From assembly GCA_031264075.1 (NCBI GenBank), contig JAISEO010000060.1, forward strand, positions 6,354 through 70,353: a stretch of 64,000 nucleotides of DNA, in the 5' to 3' direction. Positions 44,246 through 54,048 of the stretch are shown piece after piece. The translations under genes and the position numbers were made by a program. The notes below the pieces were generated by a model that searched no databases, was not told the DNA's origin, and worked only from the letters and a program-made list of their open reading frames with translations. Position 1 is the first letter of the stretch. Every line of letters starts with the position of its first letter. The stretch comes from Coriobacteriales bacterium (GTDB taxonomy: Bacteria; Actinomycetota; Coriobacteriia; Coriobacteriales; UBA8131).

Positions 44246-47200
44246 ATGCAAGAAGCAACCTTAACACGTCGTAGCTTTGTCAAAGCCGCGACAATCGCCG
44301 GTGCGGTTCTGGCTGGCGGTTCCGCCCTCACCGGGTGTCTCCAACAGGGAGGCTCGGACGGAGGCGGAGGCGGTACGCAGGTAGGAGGTCGTGTATTCTA
44401 TAATTCCATCTGCCACGGCTGTATCCAGGCCTGCCCCTGCAAGGTGTATGTGGAGGATGGCGTGGTCGTCAAGATTGAGGGCCATCCCGACGCTCCCACT
44501 AATCTGGGTTCGCTCTGTCTCAAGGGCCTCAATCAGATCCATACCTGCTACAGTCCCCGCCGCGTGCTGTATCCGCTCAGGCGTACCGGCGCTCGGGGAG
44601 CGGCAACCGCCGCCTGGGAGCGTATCAGCTGGGACGAGGCCGTTGAGTTGGCCGCAGTAAAAATCGCCGAGACCATCGAGAAGTACGGCACCTACGCGTT
44701 CTTCTGCTCGGTAGGCGGTGGCGGTGCCTATTCGTTCATGCAGGCGATGACCACGCCTATGGCGCTGGGATCTCCCACGGTCTTTGAGCCCGGCTGTGCA
44801 CAGTGCTACCTGCCACGCATCACCGAGGCAGCCTATATGTACGGCGGGGCCGACCAGTCCATTGCCGACTGTGCCGTGCTCGAGCCCTTCAAGGGCCTGG
44901 CTCCCCTCGAAGAGGCCAAGGGCGTCACGCAGGACACCAAGGTGCTCGTGCTCTGGGCAGCCCAGCCTTCCGTCTCGCAGACCGCACAGTCCGGTCGCGG
45001 CATGGCCGAGCTGCGCGCGCGCGGATGCAAGACCATCGTCGTTGACCCCAACTTCTCGCCGGACGCCGTCAAGGCGACCATTCACCTGCCCGTACGTCCG
45101 GGCTCGGACGCCGCGCTGATCCTCAGTTGGTACCGCGTCATCCTCGACGAGAAGCTCTACGATGAGGAGTTCATCAAGTTCTGGACCAATATGCCCTTCC
45201 TCATCAATCCGGGCACCAAGCTCCCGTGGCTGGCGGCTGAGGCGATAGAAGGCTACACCATTCCCGCCGACATGCCGGAGGATACACCGGTCTATCTGTG
45301 CGTGGACGAGAACACCGGCCAGGTCGCTCCTCTGCCCTTTGGCGACCCGGCCAAAGTCAAGGCAACGGTTAACCCGCAGGTACTCGCCACTGCCACCGTA
45401 AACGGCGCGGAGTCCAAGTCCGCTGCCCAGATCTACCGTGACGAGGCAGAGCCGTGGACACTTGCCAGGGCCGCCGAGTTCTGCTGGGTACCCGAAGACC
45501 GCATCCGTGCGGCCATCGACCTCTACACCGGCGCGGAAGTTGCCGGCATCGCCAACGGCGTGGCCTCCGACATGGAAGAGACCGCCTCACAGGTGCCGGT
45601 GGGCCTGATGGGCCTGGACATGATAATGGGCTATATCAACAAGCCCGGCGCCACCATGACCCAGAACGGGCCCCTGCCCGCCGAAGGAGAGGCACCACGC
45701 CCCACGATGTTCTGGAATGGTTTTGGCGGCATGTTCGGCCAGATGTACGGCATCGGCTACGAGGTCGGCGCTACCAAGGAGGCCAACGAGGCACGCATCA
45801 AGGCCATCGAGGACGGCACGAATCCCGAGGCCCCACCCTTCCAGAATGGCCCCACCCTGTTTGCGATGAACCAGCTGCTGCTTGACCGCCTCGGCATGAA
45901 GAACCATCGCGGCCTCTACAACTGGTGTCACAGCCACATCCCCAGCGTCCGCGAAGCTATCGAGACGGGCGAACCCTTCAAGCCGCGCGTCTGGTTTGAT
46001 ATGAGTGGCAACAAGTTTGCCGTGCTGGGGAGCGCCGGTGCCTGGTACAACGCCATCATGAACGACGGCCCGGAGTTCATCATCTGCCAGTATCCGATGA
46101 TCACCTCCTTCCAGATAGAGGTTGCCGACCTCATCTTCCCGCTTGAGGAATGGCTGGAGGCCACCGGTGCCTCTGAGTTCGGTCAGCTCAATTACGGCTT
46201 CCCGAGCCCGGGTGTCATCCATCTGGGTGAGACGGTACCCAACTCCGTGCCGCCCAAACGCGTGGTTGATGCCGCTTCGGTCCTGCTCAATGAGAAGCTC
46301 GACAGCGTCACCTTCGGTGCCACCGGCAAGTCGATGACGGAGATGGAACTGCAGTTCCCGCTTGGCCTGGGTGTCATGGGTGGCATCAACAGCGAGGAAG
46401 AGGTCTGGGCTACACAGATAGCAGCCTATGGCGGAGTCCTCGGCCTGGACGAGGGCGCCACACGAGAGGATTATCTCGAGGCGGCCAAGAACCGCGCCGA
46501 TGCCTACAACGTCACCCCACCGGATCAGTACTGGACCTATGGTCAGCATCTGGTCACCGCCAACGACGGCCTGCCCATGGGCTTTGCCACCGAGAGTCGC
46601 AAATGCGAGGTCTACAACACGCTGCACATCAAGCTCAGCCGCACCGGTTGGCCCTACTGCTACCCGCGCGAGCTTGGCCCCATCGACCCACGCGCCGGCA
46701 CCTGGGGAGGCGACTACTCGCCCATTTGCAATGTGCCCGTCCAAAAAGAGGTGCCCGAGATAGCCAATGGTGGCGATTTCGTCGCACCCTACGACCCCGA
46801 GTTCCCGCTGGCCATCACCTCCGGGCGCGTCTACTACTTCCATCACGGCACGATGCGCCATGCACCCTTTGCCCGCGAGCTCTATCCGGCACCCTTTGTG
46901 CGCATCAATCCGGCCACGGCCGCTCAGTACGGCATCGCCGACGGAGACTGGGTCGAGATCTCGTCGAGGCGCACCCAGGGCTCGGAGTATGTCAAAGGCA
47001 CGGGTCTTGAGCTCTCCTACTCCGGCACCAAGGAGCAGAACACCAAGACGGCAGAGCCCATTCGCACCATCGCCTATGTGGCCGAGGTCGTTGCTCCGGG
47101 CGTGCTGTGGATGGAGCGCTTCTGGAATCCCGAGTGCTTCGACTCCTCGCAGCCCAACAAGACGGGCGGCTGGCAGGAATGCAATGTCAACGTCATCACC

Positions 47201-47434
47201 AACGCTATCGACTGCAATTTCAACGAGGTCTTTGGCTCCTATACCAACCGCGGCTTTACCGTCAACATCAAGAAGTCGGAGCGGCCCGCAAACGTCTGGA
47301 TTGAGCCCAGGGAGTTTGAGCCCTTCATGCCCACCACCGCCAACGAGTACGTGGCTGACATCGGTGTGGCCAGGGATAACAAAGAGCTGCTCACGCCCAT
47401 CGTTGAATTTGCTGCGACAGAAGGAGGTGCCTGA
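44246..47434 (+). CDS. Large (~1060 aa) molybdopterin (bis-MGD) oxidoreductase catalytic subunit with Tat signal and lipobox
   Basis: Start at MQEATLTRRSFVKAATIAGAVLAGGSALTGC (ATG 44246; GGAAAGGAG at 44232-44240). FeS motif CHGCIQACPC...GSLCLKG. DMSO-reductase-family architecture. 1-nt overlap with the FeS subunit gene. Confidence 0.9.
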   Translation: MQEATLTRRSFVKAATIAGAVLAGGSALTGCLQQGGSDGGGGGTQVGGRVFYNSICHGCIQACPCKVYVEDGVVVKIEGHPDAPTNLGSLCLKGLNQIHTCYSPRRVLYPLRRTGARGAATAAWERISWDEAVELAAVKIAETIEKYGTYAFFCSVGGGGAYSFMQAMTTPMALGSPTVFEPGCAQCYLPRITEAAYMYGGADQSIADCAVLEPFKGLAPLEEAKGVTQDTKVLVLWAAQPSVSQTAQSGRGMAELRARGCKTIVVDPNFSPDAVKATIHLPVRPGSDAALILSWYRVILDEKLYDEEFIKFWTNMPFLINPGTKLPWLAAEAIEGYTIPADMPEDTPVYLCVDENTGQVAPLPFGDPAKVKATVNPQVLATATVNGAESKSAAQIYRDEAEPWTLARAAEFCWVPEDRIRAAIDLYTGAEVAGIANGVASDMEETASQVPVGLMGLDMIMGYINKPGATMTQNGPLPAEGEAPRPTMFWNGFGGMFGQMYGIGYEVGATKEANEARIKAIEDGTNPEAPPFQNGPTLFAMNQLLLDRLGMKNHRGLYNWCHSHIPSVREAIETGEPFKPRVWFDMSGNKFAVLGSAGAWYNAIMNDGPEFIICQYPMITSFQIEVADLIFPLEEWLEATGASEFGQLNYGFPSPGVIHLGETVPNSVPPKRVVDAASVLLNEKLDSVTFGATGKSMTEMELQFPLGLGVMGGINSEEEVWATQIAAYGGVLGLDEGATREDYLEAAKNRADAYNVTPPDQYWTYGQHLVTANDGLPMGFATESRKCEVYNTLHIKLSRTGWPYCYPRELGPIDPRAGTWGGDYSPICNVPVQKEVPEIANGGDFVAPYDPEFPLAITSGRVYYFHHGTMRHAPFARELYPAPFVRINPATAAQYGIADGDWVEISSRRTQGSEYVKGTGLELSYSGTKEQNTKTAEPIRTIAYVAEVVAPGVLWMERFWNPECFDSSQPNKTGGWQECNVNVITNAIDCNFNEVFGSYTNRGFTVNIKKSERPANVWIEPREFEPFMPTTANEYVADIGVARDNKELLTPIVEFAATEGGA

Positions 47435-48096
47435 TGCCTAAGAGAACACTCGTCATAGACCTCGACCGGTGCTCCGGTTGCGACAGCTGTGTCGTGGCCT
47501 GCAAGTTCGAGAACAATATCGGCCTGGGCAACTACTGGAACCACGTCAAGCCCGTTAACCCGGTTGGCACCCATCCCAATATCGACATGTACTGGGTGCC
47601 CCTGCAGTGTCAGCAGTGCGAGAATTCGCCCTGTATCACCGCCTGCCCCACGGGTGCCTCCTACCGAGACCCCGACAATAATGTCGTGCTCATCAACAAG
47701 GAGGAGTGCATAGGCTGCAAGACCTGTCTGCCCGCGTGTCCGTATTCCTCACCCGAAGGCAACGTGCGTCCCAGCGTGCGGTGGTTTAACGTGGAGGAGA
47801 ACGTCACCGAGAAGTGCACGCTCTGCAACCATCTCACTGCCGCCTCCGACGGCGTGGAAAACACCGAGGACACCACCGATCCGGCCCATGCCGTGCCGCC
47901 TTGCGTGCACAACTGCTCGTGCGGTGCGCGCTCCTACGGCGATCTGGAAGACCCCGACTCCAAGGCCAGCCAGGTGCTCGCCCGGGCCGAGGCCGACGGG
48001 CGCAAGGTCTGCATGATAGAGGCCGAGGGCGTCATGCCCGCTGCCCGCTACATCCTTTCGGAGAGCATAGCCGCGTGGAGAGGGCTGGGTGATTAA
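47434..48096 (+). CDS. 4Fe-4S ferredoxin-type subunit (DmsB-like)
   Basis: CSGCDSCVVAC, CQQCENSPCITAC, CIGCKTCLPAC and CTLC...C..NC clusters. Confidence 0.9.
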   Translation: MPKRTLVIDLDRCSGCDSCVVACKFENNIGLGNYWNHVKPVNPVGTHPNIDMYWVPLQCQQCENSPCITACPTGASYRDPDNNVVLINKEECIGCKTCLPACPYSSPEGNVRPSVRWFNVEENVTEKCTLCNHLTAASDGVENTEDTTDPAHAVPPCVHNCSCGARSYGDLEDPDSKASQVLARAEADGRKVCMIEAEGVMPAARYILSESIAAWRGLGD

Positions 48097-48973
48097 AACG
48101 GCAATCCCGTGGCTGGCGGTTCTCTTCAAGCTGCTTGCAGCCACAGGCTCGGGGGTACTCGCTTTTGCGGGTATCTCCGAGCTTGTCGGTTCCGGCGACG
48201 CTCGCGAGCTGCGCCCACAGGCCGCTCTCAGGGCAGCCATCGTGGCGCTGGCGCTCGTCGTGTGTGGCGGCGTGCTGTATATACTCCGTCTCGGCAGTCC
48301 CGCGCAGGCCATGGCGATAGTCCGCAACGTTTCCAGCGGCTCACCGGCCTCCTGGGAGTTCCTCATCTACCTGCTGCTGCTCGTCTGTAGCGTCGTCTGC
48401 CTGGTGCGGGTGCGCCGCGAGGGGAGCCTTGGCGGCGTGTTGAGTGTCGTGTGTATCGTGTTGGCTCTGGCAATGGGCTTCATCACCGGTTACAGCCATA
48501 TGGCCATGACCGGCACCCCTGCCTGGCACACCCCGGCCATTCCCGCGGGCTTTATGGCAAGCGCTCTGCTGCTGGGCGGCTTTATCTCCGTGTCTCTGGC
48601 GGGACAGAGCTCCAGCGAAGCTTCAGGGGAAGACCGGGAATCCCCAGAGGAGGGTCAGGAAGGCCAGGCTTCCCCAGGCGAGGACAGGGCAAAGAGAATA
48701 GCTTGGATACTCGTCGCGCTTGCTCTCATTACGGCTGTCTCTGCGGTGCTATTCGGCATTCCGGCATCGTTTGGCCCGGAGACGCTGCTATACTGGATAG
48801 CGGTGCCGGTCATAGGCGGTGTGGCATCTGCCTTTGCGGCCGTGCTCGCTGCTCGCACACGGGCACCCTGGTGGGCCTACGTCGGCGTGCTCTGCTCCCT
48901 TGTGGGCGCCTTGGTGTTCAGGGTGTCGCTTTGGCTGGTGGGCAGCACCATTCCTACCCTGTTGAGAGGGTGA
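48089..48973 (+). CDS. DmsC-like polytopic membrane anchor subunit
   Basis: GTG start overlapping the FeS gene by 8 nt. 294 aa with about 8 hydrophobic segments. Positionally equivalent to DmsC. Sequence motifs are weak. Confidence 0.65.
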   Translation: MIKTAIPWLAVLFKLLAATGSGVLAFAGISELVGSGDARELRPQAALRAAIVALALVVCGGVLYILRLGSPAQAMAIVRNVSSGSPASWEFLIYLLLLVCSVVCLVRVRREGSLGGVLSVVCIVLALAMGFITGYSHMAMTGTPAWHTPAIPAGFMASALLLGGFISVSLAGQSSSEASGEDRESPEEGQEGQASPGEDRAKRIAWILVALALITAVSAVLFGIPASFGPETLLYWIAVPVIGGVASAFAAVLAARTRAPWWAYVGVLCSLVGALVFRVSLWLVGSTIPTLLRG

Positions 48974-49029
48974 TCCCTCCCGAGAAGGCAGGCCCTTGAG
49001 ACAGCGGCCCCGCTCCAGAAAGGAATCGC

Positions 49030-49722
49030 ATGACCATCCCAGATAAGGCTCTCATCACCAGTGTGCTCGCAGAACGTGAAGCGAGCTACCGCATGCTCTC
49101 GCGTCTGTACCTGAAGCCCTTGAGCGAGCAGGACATAGACGAGCTGGCAGCCGTTGACTTTGTGGCAGCAGCCAAAGCGCTTGAAGAGGAGGGGCTCCTT
49201 TCCAAAGGCTTCAACGACATGGGCCGCGCCCTCACCAAACGCCATACCGGCACGCGTCAGCAGCTGGCCACCGACTTTACGATGTGTTTTGACGGCGTGG
49301 AAGCCTTGGAGGGCCAGGTCGCCGTGCCCTACGCGAGCGTGTTCCTCTCCGAGAAGGCGCTGTTGAACCAGGAGCCGCGTCATGAGGTCTACCGACTCTT
49401 CCGCTCCGAGTCCATAAGCCTCAAACGGGGCGTGAATCTGCCCGAGGATCACCTGAGCTTTGAGTTGGAGTTTCTGGCCATACTGTCCCAGCGTGCGGGA
49501 GAGGCGCTTGCGGCTGAGGACGCGGACGAGCTGGTCCGTAATCTCGAACTCTCCCGTAGCTTCATCAACGAATACATCCTCATCTGGTTCCCGCTGTTTC
49601 GCGACCGTGCCCTGAGGATACTCAAGACCCGCTTCTACCGCGGCGTGCTGGAGGCGACGGAGGGCTATCTGGAACTCGACCTCACCACCATCGACGGTCT
49701 TATGGAGACAGCTCGCGCATGA
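49030..49722 (+). CDS. TorD/DmsD-family redox-enzyme maturation chaperone
   Basis: MLSRLYLKPLSEQDI... and the conserved LPEDHLSFELEFLAIL motif. Confidence 0.75.
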   Translation: MTIPDKALITSVLAEREASYRMLSRLYLKPLSEQDIDELAAVDFVAAAKALEEEGLLSKGFNDMGRALTKRHTGTRQQLATDFTMCFDGVEALEGQVAVPYASVFLSEKALLNQEPRHEVYRLFRSESISLKRGVNLPEDHLSFELEFLAILSQRAGEALAAEDADELVRNLELSRSFINEYILIWFPLFRDRALRILKTRFYRGVLEATEGYLELDLTTIDGLMETARA

Positions 49723-50432
49723 CGGTGCTCTCCCGGCGTGAGATGCTCTGTGGTGTTGCGGGGGCAGCGGTGCTCCTGGGCCTGGGCGGTGGTGCCCGGT
49801 ATGCTTTCGGTAATGCCTCGCTCGTGCGTCCCCCGGGCGGCCAGGACGAGGCGCACCTGCTTGCCACCTGTATCAAGTGCTCCCGCTGTCGTATGGCCTG
49901 CCCGCGCGATGCCATAGCGGTCAGTGGCCTGGAGGACGGCGCCATCAACGCCCGCACTCCCAAGATGAACTTTCGCAGGGCGCTCTACGTGCCTCCTTCC
50001 GGCTCCCAGATAGAGGAAGGTAGCTCTGCAAGCTCGAGAGCCGGGTCTCTCAGTGCCGAGCAGGGCCTCGATACCCTGCTTCGCTCAGGTGGTGCAGCCT
50101 ACTGCGACTTCTGCAATCTCTGCATCGAGAACTGTCCCACCGGCGCGCTCAGGCCCTTCGACGCACTGGCATTGTGGATAGGCAAAGCCGTTGTCGTACC
50201 CGAGCGCTGTATCGCCTACGACAACAAGGGCGGCTGCCGCAAATGCGTGGACTACTGCCCATTTGGCGCCATCAGTCTGGACGAGAACGAATATCCTGTG
50301 GTAGACCTCACCCGCTGCAATGGCTGCGGGGTCTGCGAGAACATCTGCCCGACGGATACCTATCGCAGCTACACGGGCGACTCCCGCCGTGGCATCAACA
50401 TCGTGGTTGCCACAGAGGAGCGGCCGACATGA
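49719..50432 (+). CDS. NapG-like periplasmic 4Fe-4S ferredoxin with Tat-type signal
   Basis: LSRREMLCGVAGAAVLLGLGGGA leader. CIKCSRCRMACP, CDFCNLCIENCP, C.KCVDYCP and CNGCGVCENICP clusters. ATGA overlap with the chaperone gene. Confidence 0.7.
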   Translation: MTVLSRREMLCGVAGAAVLLGLGGGARYAFGNASLVRPPGGQDEAHLLATCIKCSRCRMACPRDAIAVSGLEDGAINARTPKMNFRRALYVPPSGSQIEEGSSASSRAGSLSAEQGLDTLLRSGGAAYCDFCNLCIENCPTGALRPFDALALWIGKAVVVPERCIAYDNKGGCRKCVDYCPFGAISLDENEYPVVDLTRCNGCGVCENICPTDTYRSYTGDSRRGINIVVATEERPT

Positions 50433-50529
50433 GCAGGAGGAAGCAGGCTCCCAGCCACACACAGGCACACGGCATCTGTAGCTTCAGGCAGCCCCTGCGG
50501 TGGTGTGGGGCAGCTGAAGGGCGGTTGCG

Positions 50530-51591
50530 ATGAAGCCCAAGCCTGAGAAGTCCGTCAATATCGCAGGCCCGCCAGATACCCCTCCGCCTGAGAAGTCCAT
50601 GAAGAAGGCGAAGCCGGGGAAGTTCACCCTGCTGCGCCGCCTGACGATAGGCGCGGTCTTTGTGCTGGTGCTAGTTGGCCTTGTCTTTCATACCGGCACC
50701 GGCACCCTGTCCTCCTTTGGCTGGCGTAGCATCGCCGCCCTGTGCCCGCTCGGTGCCATCGAGTCCTTCCTGGCAGACCAGACCATCTTTCCCCGTGCGC
50801 TTATCGTCCTTGTTGCCGTCATAGCTCTGGGCGCGCTCCTGGGCAAGTTCTTCTGCGCGTGGCTCTGCCCCGTGCCACCGCTACGCTCGCTTTTCAAACG
50901 CAAGGGAAGTAGCACCGGAAAAAGCGCCACCTTGAAACCTTCTGACAGACCAGCGGACAGCGGCAAAGAAGAGGAGTCCATCGCGACGGACGGGTGCGGC
51001 CAGGACGACCATGCCTTGGAGCTCAAAGGCACAGAGTCTCCCTGTGCGAACGGATGCGACTCCTGCGCGAAGAAGCGTGCGAAAATCGACTCGCGGCATA
51101 TCGTCTTAGGGGGAGCGCTGCTCTCCACAGCTGTGTTTGGGTTTCCGGTGTTCTGCCTCGTCTGCCCGGTGGGACTCGTCTTTGCCACCGTCATCGCCTT
51201 CTGGAACTGGATAGGCTTCAACGACCTCACCCTGTCGCTCGTGGTCTTTCCCGCCATCCTCATCGTAGAGGTCCTCGTGCTCAGGAAGTGGTGTCTGCGG
51301 TTCTGCCCGCTCGGTGCCGTGGCCTCCCTGATGGCGCTTCCCAACCGCTTCTTCCGCCCCCGGGTGGACAACACGAAATGCCTGCGTTCCAAGGGTGTGG
51401 CGTGCTCGGTCTGCACCGACGCCTGCGATGAGCTGCTCGACCCACACTCCACAGACGGCATGCACGAGTGCACCAAGTGCGGCAAGTGCCTGGAGCGCTG
51501 CCCCGCGCAGGCGATAACGCTGCCGTTTCGCTCGCAGAAGGCCCAGGCGGAAGAGCTGCACAAAATCGATACGAAGAGGGAGCCAGACTAA
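50530..51591 (+). CDS. NapH/MauN-like integral-membrane 4Fe-4S protein
   Basis: TM segments carry the conserved CPLG (twice) and CAWLCP motifs. C-terminal CSVCTDAC and CTKCGKCLERCP clusters. Confidence 0.7.
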   Translation: MKPKPEKSVNIAGPPDTPPPEKSMKKAKPGKFTLLRRLTIGAVFVLVLVGLVFHTGTGTLSSFGWRSIAALCPLGAIESFLADQTIFPRALIVLVAVIALGALLGKFFCAWLCPVPPLRSLFKRKGSSTGKSATLKPSDRPADSGKEEESIATDGCGQDDHALELKGTESPCANGCDSCAKKRAKIDSRHIVLGGALLSTAVFGFPVFCLVCPVGLVFATVIAFWNWIGFNDLTLSLVVFPAILIVEVLVLRKWCLRFCPLGAVASLMALPNRFFRPRVDNTKCLRSKGVACSVCTDACDELLDPHSTDGMHECTKCGKCLERCPAQAITLPFRSQKAQAEELHKIDTKREPD

Positions 51592-51604
51592 CTGACATCC
51601 GTCT

Positions 51605-52828
51605 TCACCCCAGCGGCTCATACCTCTTTCGCAAGGCGAGATAACAGAGTATCCCCACGGCGCACAGCACCGCCGCAGCCAGGAAGAGACTGCCGTAGCC
51701 TACGACATCTACGAACAGGCCCAACACCAGCGCCCCCGCGCCAGCACCCACATCAAAGCCGATCATCGCCGTGGCCATGGCACGCCCGCGGCGCTCGGGC
51801 TCTATTCCCTTGGCACTCATGGCATAGAAGGTGGAAAAGCTTGAGCTGTGCCCGATGCCCTGGAGGAGCGCCGCTACCAGCAACAGGGGCAGACTGTAGC
51901 AAAAGGCAAGCAGTGCCATCCCCAGTCCCAGGCAGACAAGCCCGGTGATGACCGGCCACTTGAAGCCCGCACGGTCGGTCCAGCGGCCAAAGAGCGGGCG
52001 GGCAATAACGGCGCAGACGGCAGAGAGCGCAAAGAATGCCGCTATACCCTCCACCCCACGCACTTCCAGCATGGTGGGCAAAAAGGTGGTGAGCACGCCG
52101 TAGGCGCAGGCGAGAAAGAACATCAGCAAGGCGGCCAGGAGCGCACGTCTGTCCAGAAGGCCTGAGATGGTGCGCCGCAGCGAGAACGGGCCTGTGTTTG
52201 GTCGGGTATGCGTCCTGGGTATTGTTCGGTAGCTGATACAGCAGCTGAGCAGCAGCGACAGTACGAAGAAGAAGCCGCAGATAAGGCAGGAGTATACCCC
52301 TCCAACAGCGTAGAACACCGTAAGTGAGATGGCCGGAGCGATAATCAGGGCGAGCGAGTTGGTCATGCCCAGAAAGCCGAAGCCCTCGGCATGGCGCTCA
52401 GCCGGGATGTTGTCGGCACCAACAGCACTCGTGGCTGTGTTGGCCGCTCCCCAGGCAAGCCCCTGGATGAAACGGAGCGCGATAATGACGCCCACGAGGG
52501 GAAAGAGCGCAAAGCCGATACAGGTCAGTATCATGCCCACGGTGCCGCAGACGAGCACGCCGCGCCTGCCATAGTAATCCACGGCAGCGCCCGAGACAGG
52601 TCGCGCAACGAGCGATGCCACAGAAAAGACCCCGGCAACCGTGCCCAGCAGGTAGTCCGGGGCACCCAACGAGCGGATGAAGACCGGCATCATCGAAGGC
52701 AGCATCTGCATACCGACGAAGTTGAGGAAGTTCACCGAGATGGCAAGGATGAAACCTCGTGTCCACAGCGGCTGCGGAGAGCGTCTGATCATCGCGTAGT
52801 TCTCAGGGGTGGTCAGGGTTGCCTGCAC
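51605..52828 (-). CDS. MFS transporter
   Basis: 407 aa with 12 predicted hydrophobic segments. The loop motif GAAVDYYGRRGVL resembles MFS motif A. Start ambiguous (GTG 52828 or ATG 52792). Confidence 0.85.
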   Translation of the reverse strand: MQATLTTPENYAMIRRSPQPLWTRGFILAISVNFLNFVGMQMLPSMMPVFIRSLGAPDYLLGTVAGVFSVASLVARPVSGAAVDYYGRRGVLVCGTVGMILTCIGFALFPLVGVIIALRFIQGLAWGAANTATSAVGADNIPAERHAEGFGFLGMTNSLALIIAPAISLTVFYAVGGVYSCLICGFFFVLSLLLSCCISYRTIPRTHTRPNTGPFSLRRTISGLLDRRALLAALLMFFLACAYGVLTTFLPTMLEVRGVEGIAAFFALSAVCAVIARPLFGRWTDRAGFKWPVITGLVCLGLGMALLAFCYSLPLLLVAALLQGIGHSSSFSTFYAMSAKGIEPERRGRAMATAMIGFDVGAGAGALVLGLFVDVVGYGSLFLAAAVLCAVGILCYLALRKRYEPLG

Positions 52829-52839
52829 AGCAACGCTTG

Positions 52840-54048
52840 TCAGGGCACAAGAAACTCATCCAGAGATGCTTGCTCGTCTTCTTCAAAGGTGATATGGCCC
52901 AATTTTCCTACCTGTATCTCACCCACCTCGCCGTAGAGGTAGAGTTGGTCGAGCAGCTCGATGGCGGCGCGGATACGGGTGCGCAGCAGATAGCCGTAGC
53001 GGTCGGTTGCCACGAGGAAGTCCTTGCTCTCCATCTGTGGTTCCCACCCAAAGGCGCGGCCATGACAGGCGAGTATCCCCGAGAGGATCTCGGCGGTCTC
53101 TTCGCGGTTCAGCGGTGCGAGTTGGGTGGCCCTTACTATGCTATTGAGTAGAGCTGTGATGGTGGCCTTTTCTGCAGGAGTGAGCCTCTCGTTCTTGTCC
53201 AACTCATCGTGCTCGTGCTTGCCCTCAATGACGTCGGGAACAAACGATGCGTTAAACGCGAACAGCGCAAAGCTGTGTTCCAGCTTCTCGCCAGCAAGAA
53301 AGCGGTTCATGTTGAGATAGGCTTTCTGTCTGGACTTTCTTCCCAGTCGTCCCACCAGCTCGGCTTCGTCAAAGAGGATAACCCAACCCTCGTACTCCTG
53401 CGTCCTGAACAGCTGTGAGAGGAAGCTGAGATAGTCGCCCATGTGTCGCGTCTTGACAAAGTTGGTGTTGAACGCTGCGGTCTCGCCAAAGACACGCCGA
53501 TAGACCTTGCGTACCCCCGCAGAGGTCATGAAGTCTCCTGCTATATCGGCGGCGAGCAGATACTTCTCATCGTCATCTTTCGTGCCCAGATACGACTTGA
53601 GCACATAGTAGAGCTTGTTGGTTTCCAGATGGGTGAGGCAGTATTCAAGCAACGCTGAGGTCGAGCGAGACCCCAGCGACAACTGCTCCAGTACCTGCGA
53701 CACTCCCGGCTGGATGCTTCCCGGCAGGTAGGTTCCCTGCACTATCTTCGCGTACAACTGTGGCAGGTTGGAAAGCGGCGCCTCTTTGCTGAGCGTCACG
53801 GTGCTCACCACCAAGTTCTGTTGATGGGCACGGTTAAACACCATGTTGAGCAGGTGCGTCTTGCCTTCCCCGTATTTTGCCGAGATGATCCTACCGGACG
53901 AGCCTTTGTCCGTGGCTACGGCCTCCAGCGCTTCGTCTATCTCGCCGAGTATCTTCGGTCTGGCGGAAGAGAAATATCGGCCCACCTCAAAGGACGAGAC
54001 ACCGGAGCGCAGTGCCTCGATTATCCTGCGGGCATCAAATTCATTCAT
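52840..54048 (-). CDS. P-loop ATPase, BrxD/DUF2791-like (BREX-type ATP-binding domain)
   Basis: Start at MNEFDARRIIEALRSGVSSFEVG (ATG 54048; GAGGGGG SD 6 nt upstream; ATGAATGA 8-nt overlap with the upstream gene). Walker A AKYGEGKTH and Walker B WVILFDEAE. The N-terminal RIIEALRSGV motif is what I recall for PF10923-type proteins. Confidence 0.65.
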   Translation of the reverse strand: MNEFDARRIIEALRSGVSSFEVGRYFSSARPKILGEIDEALEAVATDKGSSGRIISAKYGEGKTHLLNMVFNRAHQQNLVVSTVTLSKEAPLSNLPQLYAKIVQGTYLPGSIQPGVSQVLEQLSLGSRSTSALLEYCLTHLETNKLYYVLKSYLGTKDDDEKYLLAADIAGDFMTSAGVRKVYRRVFGETAAFNTNFVKTRHMGDYLSFLSQLFRTQEYEGWVILFDEAELVGRLGRKSRQKAYLNMNRFLAGEKLEHSFALFAFNASFVPDVIEGKHEHDELDKNERLTPAEKATITALLNSIVRATQLAPLNREETAEILSGILACHGRAFGWEPQMESKDFLVATDRYGYLLRTRIRAAIELLDQLYLYGEVGEIQVGKLGHITFEEDEQASLDEFLVP

